DNA of 33,369 nucleotides from an uncultured Candidatus Saccharibacteria bacterium (GTDB lineage Bacteria; Patescibacteriota; Minisyncoccia; Phycocordibacterales; Phycocordibacteraceae): NCBI GenBank assembly GCA_964590695.1, contig CAZPXA010000003.1, positions 2,628 to 35,996 of the forward strand, read 5' to 3'. Shown piece by piece: positions 17,080 to 23,975 of this stretch (position 1 is its first letter; each line of letters starts with the position of its first letter). The notes under the pieces were generated by a model. It saw only the letters and a program-made list of their open reading frames with translations, ran no database searches and was not told where the DNA came from. The position numbers and the translations under genes were made by a program.

Positions 17080-17778
17080 ATGGCGAATAAAAAACTCTCC
17101 ATCATTATTCCCGTCTATAATGAAGAACAGACCGTCGGGGAACTACTGAACCGTCTCGGGGTCGCCAATATTCCTTCCGGTTGGGAGAAGGAGGTCATCG
17201 TTATAGATGACGCTTCACAAGACGGAACGAGGAATATCTTAAAACGATATGAGCGAGCGATGCGCGTCATATATTGCGGGAAAAACGGAGGGAAAGGCAC
17301 GGCAGTGCGCCATGGTATAGAAAACGCAACAGGGAAATATGTGCTTATTCAGGATGCTGATCTTGAATATGACCCAGCAGACATATCAAATCTTCTCTCA
17401 ATGCTTGAAAACGGAACAGCCGATGTCGTGTACGGTTCGCGCAACCTACATCCGCAGCCTCGCCGCGGCGACCCTATTGCGTGCGTGGGCGTGTGGTTCA
17501 TAACAAAACTTATCAATCTATTGTACGGATTGTCGCTGACGGACGTGTGGACCTGTTATAAACTCTTTCCACGCGAAGCTGGCGATGCTTTCGCAGCGGG
17601 CCGTTTCGAGTCGGAACTGTTATTCACCGCGGCACTCGCGCGAAAAGGCTACCGCTTCGCAGAGGTTCCCATATCTTATGCTCCGCGCAGTGTTGCGAAG
17701 GGAAAGAAAATCCGCTACCGAGACGGGATTCAGGCGACCATACTGATTGTGCTGGACTGGCTGCGACACATCTACTGA
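17080..17778 (+). CDS. GT2 glycosyltransferase, polyprenol-phosphate sugar synthase-like (DPM1/GtrB/ArnC-type), copy 1
   Basis: Motifs LSIIIPVYNEEQTV, VIVIDDASQDGT and QDADLEYDP (the DxD region). It is a lone plus-strand gene between minus-strand genes. Its 3' end overlaps the convergent GT-C gene by 7 nt. Confidence 0.85.
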   Translation: MANKKLSIIIPVYNEEQTVGELLNRLGVANIPSGWEKEVIVIDDASQDGTRNILKRYERAMRVIYCGKNGGKGTAVRHGIENATGKYVLIQDADLEYDPADISNLLSMLENGTADVVYGSRNLHPQPRRGDPIACVGVWFITKLINLLYGLSLTDVWTCYKLFPREAGDAFAAGRFESELLFTAALARKGYRFAEVPISYAPRSVAKGKKIRYRDGIQATILIVLDWLRHIY

Positions 17779-19199
17779 GGTACGACTAAGCTTTTCAATG
17801 GTTTCCTTTGCCACAGTGCGTATTGGTCAAACACGCGTATTTCACGATAGGAGGAGAGGTCAAGTTGAGAAGCAGCCCCTTCTTTTACTACCACCAAATC
17901 CGGCACTCCTTGTGCAACGAGAGGCAGTTCCTCCTTGCCAAGGATGACGACTGGCGTCAAGAAAAGATACTGATAATAGGGCATGCCCGATGGCAGGAAG
18001 AGCGGTATTTCAGGAGCGTTATATATAAAAATTGAAGTAGAGGTTGAAAGTGTGCCTAATGCCTGACTCACCTCTACGGTACGGTGTGAGTTGTAATACC
18101 CCGCTACCCATGAGTTGAAAAAACATTGGTATATTTGGGACATGATAAGAAGCACTAGGCCCGCATGAAAGAAAAACTTTGGAATCTGTCGGGGCCATAT
18201 GTTCCAAAGCGCAAAAGGGAGGTACAGAAGGGCAAACACTTCTCCTATAAAATAGTACCGGTAATACGGCGTGATGCGCAAGAACGCAAGATAGATTAAT
18301 AGCGTAAATCCGGCTGCCAAGTACTCGGTGCGGGATATAGTTTGCTGTTTCCGAATGCGCACTAAGATGGACAGCACCCAGATGGCTAGGAGCACAAGCG
18401 CATAAAACGGCTGCGGTGCGCTCACAAAAAGAAGCGCATTATGGGAGATTGATGCAGCAGTATCAATGGCGAAAGGGTTTGCATAGTATGCAATCATCTG
18501 GTAGAGGGACTGTCCCCCGAATTGGATCCATATCCACAACGTTACCGCGACCGCGAACGCACCAAATCCGGCAAGGGTTTTCAGCGGCGTGAGCAGTTTT
18601 AAAGAGAAAAGCACCACCACGGTGGTGGGTATTAAAACGATTAGAAATATCGGCTTCGTCACGACGGCAAGCCCCAAAAAAAGCCCGGCGAGAGTAAAAA
18701 TAGTCCACGACCTTTTTCCTGCTTCAATGAGGCTCAGGCACAGCAAAAATAGGGTCAAATAAAGGAGGCCGGGGACTTCACCCAGTACATTCTTGCCGTT
18801 GCCATATAAGGGGGCAAATGAGCTTAAAAGCCATATGGCGTAGGTCGCTAGGAAAAGAGGCATCTCCCGAGCCATGAGCCTCCAGGCGAAAAAGGCAAAT
18901 AACATGATGAAGGCGACCATAACCAGCCGTGCGAAGACGAGTTTTGTGCCAAATAAAGAGAACACGGCGGCTATAGGGAAAAGTACCGGATATCCGCTGG
19001 TGGCAGAAAATGCGCCGCTCTCAAATTGCCCGGGTGCCACCTGTAACAATGTCTGCGGACCATGTGAAGCCACATTCATTGCCACTTGGATTAAATGTCC
19101 CTCGTCAGTCCATATTGGCGGGCTCTCGGTAAGGCGGTAGGTTGAGAGAAAGATAAGCAATGTGGCCGCAGCGAGTGTTGCAAGTTTTATTCCGTTCAT
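17772..19199 (-). CDS. GT-C fold polytopic membrane glycosyltransferase (ArnT/PMT, GT39/GT83-like), copy 1
   Basis: About 11-12 hydrophobic helices. The first extracytoplasmic loop carries SPPIWTDEGHLIQVA (a DE-type acidic motif as in PMT/ArnT). A soluble C-terminal tail is present. Confidence 0.68.
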   Translation of the reverse strand: MNGIKLATLAAATLLIFLSTYRLTESPPIWTDEGHLIQVAMNVASHGPQTLLQVAPGQFESGAFSATSGYPVLFPIAAVFSLFGTKLVFARLVMVAFIMLFAFFAWRLMAREMPLFLATYAIWLLSSFAPLYGNGKNVLGEVPGLLYLTLFLLCLSLIEAGKRSWTIFTLAGLFLGLAVVTKPIFLIVLIPTTVVVLFSLKLLTPLKTLAGFGAFAVAVTLWIWIQFGGQSLYQMIAYYANPFAIDTAASISHNALLFVSAPQPFYALVLLAIWVLSILVRIRKQQTISRTEYLAAGFTLLIYLAFLRITPYYRYYFIGEVFALLYLPFALWNIWPRQIPKFFFHAGLVLLIMSQIYQCFFNSWVAGYYNSHRTVEVSQALGTLSTSTSIFIYNAPEIPLFLPSGMPYYQYLFLTPVVILGKEELPLVAQGVPDLVVVKEGAASQLDLSSYREIRVFDQYALWQRKPLKSLVVPQ

Positions 19200-19211
19200 A
19201 CCAAAGGCGTT

Positions 19212-20375
19212 TTAGGGCGGGAGCAGACCTTGCCTTTTTATATATTCGCTTACGATTGAGCCGACAAGGGCATCTCCAGCTGGGGCCAGATGGACATCGT
19301 TCTGCCAATAAAGCACCGCTCCGCTCGGATCCACCTCACGCAATGCCGGCAAAAGGTCAATATAAGCAATGCCATGTTGTTTAAGATATGTTTCGGTGTG
19401 CCAATCGGCCGACAGCGGGCCGGTTGACGTAGCCGTGACTGATTCTCTAACGGGGATGAACACCACCAAAAGCTTGCTATGGTTTTTATCAGCCAATGTT
19501 TTGAAGGCTTGTATGTTTGAGAAGTGGACGTCCCAATATTTCGTGTCATCTAATAATCTTGACCTGTCATCAAACCAAGACTGATTTTCATGCGCAAGAC
19601 CACTGCGCAGGAGCCAGTTCGGCGCGACGCGCATAAGCACACCGCGAAGCTTGTCCGGTATGCCGAACTGCCTTTTCGCCATTAAGTAGAGCACCGAATG
19701 CGCGGCGAGTTCAATTTTTATCTTTTGGAGAAGGGGGTAATTTGGTTTTGGGACATTACAGGTCGTTGTGGCTTCTAGTGGTGAGGTCGTGAGCATGAAT
19801 TGCGGGTCGCAATATAGCCACGAGGGCACGACATACCCATGATACGCAGTGGAGCCCGGGAACATCCCATCATCTCCCGGGTCATTCCCATAATGGGCTA
19901 CGACAATTAATTGGGGAGAATGAGGCAAACTCTCTATAACACGCTGTGCTTTTATGACTTCTTGACGCGTGCCATAGTCCGGTACTCCGCAGTTGAGCGT
20001 ACGAGTGCCGGTCGAACGCTCAATGACCTTGCCAAACTTTTCGTCAAGCGGCGTATATCCCCATGTAAAGCTGTCGCCGGCCAAATAGATATAAGGGGAT
20101 TTGCCATCAAAGGGATAATCGTAGCAGCCAAGACTATTAGACCAGACCGGATAAGTGAGCTCTGCAAACGCATGCGTCGTAGTGGCGAAATTAGGAGTGA
20201 TGTCAAACCCAAGCACTGGGTCGAAGCGGAAATATTCTCCGGAGACGTTGAGTGGATACATATACCGCCATTTTAACGGCGTGAAATGGAGCAGCACATC
20301 TACTGCAACGAGAGTTATCGCAACGCTTGCGAGTATGAGCAACCCATTTACAAAAAAAGATTTAATCCAGCGCAT
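19212..20375 (-). CDS. Membrane-anchored SGNH/GDSL-family hydrolase or acyl-transferase/esterase
   Basis: N-terminal TM helix FFVNGLLILASVAITLVAV. SGNH blocks: I YLAGDSFTWGY, II NCGVPDYGT, III HYGNDPGDD and V NDVHLAPAG. ATG 20375 is preferred over the tracked TTG 20384. It overlaps the upstream stop by 14 nt. Confidence 0.7.
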   Translation of the reverse strand: MRWIKSFFVNGLLILASVAITLVAVDVLLHFTPLKWRYMYPLNVSGEYFRFDPVLGFDITPNFATTTHAFAELTYPVWSNSLGCYDYPFDGKSPYIYLAGDSFTWGYTPLDEKFGKVIERSTGTRTLNCGVPDYGTRQEVIKAQRVIESLPHSPQLIVVAHYGNDPGDDGMFPGSTAYHGYVVPSWLYCDPQFMLTTSPLEATTTCNVPKPNYPLLQKIKIELAAHSVLYLMAKRQFGIPDKLRGVLMRVAPNWLLRSGLAHENQSWFDDRSRLLDDTKYWDVHFSNIQAFKTLADKNHSKLLVVFIPVRESVTATSTGPLSADWHTETYLKQHGIAYIDLLPALREVDPSGAVLYWQNDVHLAPAGDALVGSIVSEYIKRQGLLPP

Positions 20376-22224
20376 ACAATTCAAGCGTTGAGCGTTTCAC
20401 CCATATTGGTTGAGCGCGCTTATCGAACACTATGTTCCCGATGACGAGATAGTCCATTTCGGTGTTCATAAAACAGCGGTAGGCGTCCTCGGGGGTCATC
20501 ACAATCGGCTCGCCACGGACATTGAAGCTTGTGTTAACCAGAATCCCATACCCGGTAAGGCTTTTAAAAGCATTGATGAGTCGCCAAAACCGCTCGTTTG
20601 TTGTGCGCGAGACGGTTTGCACCCGAGCTGAATAATCAAGATGAGTGACCGCCGGTATATCCGAGCGCGCCGCGTTAATCCGCTCCAAAAGCGGCCCGCT
20701 TGGGTTTTGCTTCGTATGGGTACGGCGACGTTTGACGATGGGTGCCGTGAAGAGCATATAGGGAGAAGATTTTCCCCGTAGTTCAAAATACAGTTCTGCA
20801 TCTTCCTCAAGCACTGCCGGTGCAAACGGACGGAAGCTTTCGCGGTACTTAATGCTTAGATTAAGTTTTTTCTGCATCTTCGGGTTGCGCGCATCGGCAA
20901 GTATGGAACGGTTTCCTAGAGCCCGCGGACCCCATTCCATGCGACCCTGCATCCAGCCGATACTGTTGCCTTCTGCAAGCAATCGCGCCACGTCGGAACA
21001 CACCTTGTCAAAATGTTCGTACTCGCGGTAAGGCGCTTGGAAACTTCGGGCCGTACGTTTGGCGTCGAGCTCTGAATACGCAGGCCCTAAATAGGAGCCA
21101 CGCATACTATCATTTGGACTGGGCGTTCGATTCCTCCCAAGCCAGATATGGTGGGCCGCAAACGCCGCGCCAAGCGCCCCGCCCGCATCGCCCGCCGCCG
21201 GCTGAATCCATACATGGTCAAAAATTCCAGCCGCAAGAATGCGCTCATTCGCAACACAATTAAGTGCGACGCCTCCTGCCATGACGAGACTGCGCATCCC
21301 GGTCATTTTTTGCGCCGTGCGCGCGAGCCGTATCATGGCTTCCTCGGCGATTTCTTGAATTGCGAGCGCAAGGTCCATGTACTCTTGCGTAAGCGGTGTT
21401 TCCTTCGCGCGCGGGGGTATGCCAAAGAGTACAGTCCATTTTTCATCATCAACTGTCCGTAGCGTCGCCGCAAAGGTAAAATACTCCATGGCGAGCATAA
21501 GCGACCCGTCCTCTTTGAGCGAAATAAGCCGCTCGAGAATGATGCGTTTATACGCCTCAACCTCACGACTGCCTCTCCGGCCGTATGGCGCCAATCCCAT
21601 AAGTTTATATTCGCCGCTATTGATTTTGAAACCGCAGTAATAGGTGAATGCGGAGTAGAGGAGTCCGAGTGAATGAGGAAAACGCATCTCCGCGAATAGC
21701 TCGATATGCTTGCCCGAACCCTTGCCAATTGTGGTCGTTGCCCACTCTCCCACACCATCGACCGTCAATATCGCCGCTTCTTCAAAGGGAGAGGGATAAA
21801 AGGCGCTTGCCGCATGGGAGAGGTGGTGGGCAGGGAACAATAAGGGCACAGCAACAGGCGCCCCTTCGATTTTCTTGAGCTCTTTGCGGAGAATTCCTCG
21901 CATAAAAAGTTTTTCCTTCGCCCACACCGGCATAGCCGTGATAAAACTTTGCACGCCCTGCGGCGCCCAGAGGTGATAGGTCTCAAGCAATCGCTCGAAC
22001 TTTAGTAGGGGTTTATCGTAGAAAGCTATGGCGCTCAGCTCGGACGGCTTGATGCCATGTTCGGAAAGACAATACGCTACGGCATGTGCGGGAAACGAAC
22101 TGTCGTGTTTTTTGCGCGTAAACCGCTCTTCATGAGCGGCTGCGACAATCTCGCCGTTCATAAGGAGAGTGGCGGCGCTATCGTGATAGAACGCCGAAAT
22201 GCCGAGTATTGCCTCCCGTTTCAT
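20362..22224 (-). CDS. Carbamoyltransferase (NodU/CmcH/SxtI-like), copy 2
   Basis: ATG 22224 gives MKREAILGISAFYHDSAATLLMNGEIVAAAHEERFTRKKHD. Other family blocks: HHLSHAASAFY, GEYKLMGLAPYG, MAGGVALNCVAN, IQPAAGDAGGALGAA, GRMEWGPRALGNRSILA, FRPFAPAVL and VNTSFNVRGEPIV. The tracked 22326 start runs across the small upstream ORF. Confidence 0.9.
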   Translation of the reverse strand: MKREAILGISAFYHDSAATLLMNGEIVAAAHEERFTRKKHDSSFPAHAVAYCLSEHGIKPSELSAIAFYDKPLLKFERLLETYHLWAPQGVQSFITAMPVWAKEKLFMRGILRKELKKIEGAPVAVPLLFPAHHLSHAASAFYPSPFEEAAILTVDGVGEWATTTIGKGSGKHIELFAEMRFPHSLGLLYSAFTYYCGFKINSGEYKLMGLAPYGRRGSREVEAYKRIILERLISLKEDGSLMLAMEYFTFAATLRTVDDEKWTVLFGIPPRAKETPLTQEYMDLALAIQEIAEEAMIRLARTAQKMTGMRSLVMAGGVALNCVANERILAAGIFDHVWIQPAAGDAGGALGAAFAAHHIWLGRNRTPSPNDSMRGSYLGPAYSELDAKRTARSFQAPYREYEHFDKVCSDVARLLAEGNSIGWMQGRMEWGPRALGNRSILADARNPKMQKKLNLSIKYRESFRPFAPAVLEEDAELYFELRGKSSPYMLFTAPIVKRRRTHTKQNPSGPLLERINAARSDIPAVTHLDYSARVQTVSRTTNERFWRLINAFKSLTGYGILVNTSFNVRGEPIVMTPEDAYRCFMNTEMDYLVIGNIVFDKRAQPIWVKRSTLELYALD

Positions 22225-22226
22225 AA

Positions 22227-22376
22227 TTAAAATAACGTATACACGAACGGCGCGAGCGCGCTGGTGCTGGTAATAAAGACCAGCATGCCAACCAGGAGTA
22301 GGATGATAATAGCGGGCGCCAGCCAAAACTTTTTTCGATTACTCAAAAAACCAACAATGTCTTTTAAAAAGTCCAT
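22227..22376 (-). CDS. DUF5989 / SxtK-like small membrane protein (49 aa), absent from the ORF track
   Basis: My manual minus-strand translation is MDFLKDIVGFLSNRKKFWLAPAIIILLLVGMLVFITSTSALAPFVYTLF*. The ATG is CAT at 22374-22376 and the TAA stop is tta at 22227-22229. The stop lies 2 nt before the carbamoyltransferase ATG, and the start lies 8 nt after the SxtJ-like stop. The KK(F/W)WL...SALAPF(I/V)YTLF ending matches the DUF5989 family as I remember it. Confidence 0.8.
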   Translation of the reverse strand: MDFLKDIVGFLSNRKKFWLAPAIIILLLVGMLVFITSTSALAPFVYTLF

Positions 22377-22384
22377 ACATTTAC

Positions 22385-22747
22385 CTAATAGGGATGCACT
22401 ATATCCTGCGCCGTAACAAGACCGTTCATAGGTACAAGTGAAGTATCGTGCGCTTTATCCCATGAAAGGTCGCGCGCGTCGCCTTTAAACACACGGCGTA
22501 GAAGCCCTATCGGCGTGACTACGATAAAAAAAACCAAGCCAAAAAACACACGCTGCATCACATTGCCGAGTACCTTTGCAACGATAGACCAAAACCATGC
22601 GAGCGGCCGCAGAAGCGAGGGGAACAACATCGTTACCACAATGAGGACAATTGCGATGACGAGGGCAGTTCTCGAGCCTAGCAACGCAAACAGAAGCGAC
22701 ACGAATACGAACACCAAACCGGTATCCCGAATCCACTTATTGTCCAT
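22385..22747 (-). CDS. SxtJ-family membrane protein
   Basis: ATG 22747 (MDNKWIRDTG...). Three to four TM segments. Block LLRPLAWFWSIVAKVLGNVMQRVFFGLVFFIVVTPIGLLRRVFKGDARDL matches the SxtJ family pattern (from memory). It sits in the canonical position upstream of the DUF5989 gene and carbamoyltransferase. Confidence 0.68.
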   Translation of the reverse strand: MDNKWIRDTGLVFVFVSLLFALLGSRTALVIAIVLIVVTMLFPSLLRPLAWFWSIVAKVLGNVMQRVFFGLVFFIVVTPIGLLRRVFKGDARDLSWDKAHDTSLVPMNGLVTAQDIVHPY

Positions 22748-22753
22748 TAAGAA

Positions 22754-22762
22754 TGTATAACA
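22754..22762 (-). promoter_or_regulatory. Extended -10 box TGTTATACA, 6 nt before the SxtJ-like ATG (predicted leaderless transcript)
   Basis: The minus strand reads ...gagaTGTTATACAttcttaATGGAC. With the hexamer at -12 to -7, position +1 falls on the A of the ATG at 22747. Confidence 0.4.
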
Positions 22763-22790
22763 TCTCTTTTGGCCTCCAGCAATCATTGAG

Positions 22791-22799
22791 TGCTACTAT
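22791..22799 (+). promoter_or_regulatory. Extended -10 box TGCTACTAT, 6 nt before the GtrA copy 2 ATG (predicted leaderless transcript)
   Basis: The plus strand reads ...gagTGCTACTATtcacttATGCGC. Predicted +1 is the A of the ATG at 22806. Confidence 0.4.
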
Positions 22800-22805
22800 T
22801 CACTT

Positions 22806-23180
22806 ATGCGCATTCTGAAATTTCTTATTGCCGGCGCGACCGGTCTCAGCGTAAACCTCGGCGTATTCCACATGCTGTATGTGCTCGGCGTACCGTACCT
22901 CGGGGGCTCCATTGTGAGCTTTTTCATCGCGATGGTCGTCGGCTTTATGCTTCAGAAATATTGGACATTTGAGGAGCGCACCCTCGGGCGCGCCCGCACA
23001 CAATTCATGTTCTACGCTACGCTCGCTCTCTGCAATCTCGCGGTGAACACGCTCATCGTGTATGTGCTTGTCGAACGCGTGAATGTGCACTACCTCGTGG
23101 CACAAACCATCGGAGCCGGTTCAGTCGCGCTTGTGAGTTATTTTATCTATCGGCTCTACATCTTTACGGGTACGCCCTAG
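22806..23180 (+). CDS. GtrA-family membrane protein, copy 2
   Basis: 124 aa with four TM segments. Sequence MRILKFLIAGATGLSVNLGVFHML...FMLQKYWTFE...ALVSYFIYRLYIF. Confidence 0.8.
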   Translation: MRILKFLIAGATGLSVNLGVFHMLYVLGVPYLGGSIVSFFIAMVVGFMLQKYWTFEERTLGRARTQFMFYATLALCNLAVNTLIVYVLVERVNVHYLVAQTIGAGSVALVSYFIYRLYIFTGTP

Positions 23181-23894
23181 CCGGATGAAGCGATAGCGAA
23201 GTATTTGCAGTACCATTCTAAATCCGATTTGTGCGGCTTTGAATACACTTTCACCTGAATACATAGAGATGCCAATGCGCTGTTTGTAAATCACCGGAAT
23301 TTCTATCGGCCGCCACCCACGACGAATAACCCACGTCATAATTTCGGCAGAAAATGCGTCTTTACCGGAGGAGAGAGGAAAGAGGTCAAAGATACTGTCA
23401 AGCACTTTTCGTGAAAAGAGTTTATACGAGCAACTCACATCCGTGAGTGTCGGCCCGTTATGCAACACCTCTAAAAATTTCGCTACCGCCCAATTGCCGA
23501 AACGCACGGGGAACGGCATAAAAGCCCCCGACCATATAGAGGCCCGGGAAGTTCGTGTGCCGAATATCGCTTCGAATTCGCCGGTGTAGGAAAGGAACTT
23601 GTGGATGTCATTCGGCAGGAATGTCCCGTCTCCCTCAACCGTTATAACAAGGTCGCCGGCGGCCTCGCGGAGCCCGCGCATCATGGCATTGCCATAGCCT
23701 TGGTGTTCTTTTTCTTCGACAAGTCTCGCTTTCGTTTTTGCGACTTCCCCCTTTGTATTTCCGAGCGCGTTGTTATCTATCACCACCACTTCATCAACCA
23801 TTCCAGTATCAAAAAATCCATTGATGACAGCGCGAATGCTTCCTTCCTCGTTATACGTCGGGATAACCACGCTGACGGTTTTGCCTTTGTGCAT
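23121..23894 (-). CDS. GT2 glycosyltransferase, polyprenol-phosphate sugar synthase-like, copy 2
   Basis: Motifs VSVVIPTYNEEGSI, VVVIDNNALGNT, TVEGDGTF and CSYKLFSRKV. It is a lone minus-strand gene. Its 3' end overlaps the convergent GtrA gene by 60 nt. Confidence 0.85.
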   Translation of the reverse strand: MHKGKTVSVVIPTYNEEGSIRAVINGFFDTGMVDEVVVIDNNALGNTKGEVAKTKARLVEEKEHQGYGNAMMRGLREAAGDLVITVEGDGTFLPNDIHKFLSYTGEFEAIFGTRTSRASIWSGAFMPFPVRFGNWAVAKFLEVLHNGPTLTDVSCSYKLFSRKVLDSIFDLFPLSSGKDAFSAEIMTWVIRRGWRPIEIPVIYKQRIGISMYSGESVFKAAQIGFRMVLQILRYRFIRLGRTRKDVEPIDKITHKRD

Positions 23895-23900
23895 GGCTAC

Positions 23901-23909
23901 AAAATAACA
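23901..23909 (-). promoter_or_regulatory. Extended -10 box TGTTATTTT, 6 nt before the GT2 copy 2 ATG (predicted leaderless transcript)
   Basis: The minus strand reads ...agccaTGTTATTTTgtagccATGCAC. Predicted +1 is the A of the ATG at 23894. Confidence 0.4.
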
Positions 23910-23975
23910 TGGCTGCGAGGTCCTGGTACGGGCGGTAGAACCATATTTTCCGATACAGTATACTGGCCTGTATCT

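Noticed and set aside
17037..17810. Inverted repeats flanking the lone antiparallel GT2 genes (also 23100-23975) that would indicate an invertible, phase-variable segment.
   Set aside because: Only 6-7 nt partial matches were visible by eye (for example agtgtgcgt versus agtgcgt). No recombinase gene is in the window. The idea is not supported without a computed inverted-repeat search.
23601..23975. N-terminal 125 codons of the tracked 717-aa ORF.
   Set aside because: This stretch is antisense to the GT2 CDS (23121-23894) and is not membrane-protein-like. The hydrophobic protein proper begins at ATG 23976 or 23985, after the 81-bp spacer. The same logic removes the tracked extensions at 5495-5677, 22225-22326, 26376-26426, 28663-28845, 25702-25734, 31658-31696 and 17037-17105.
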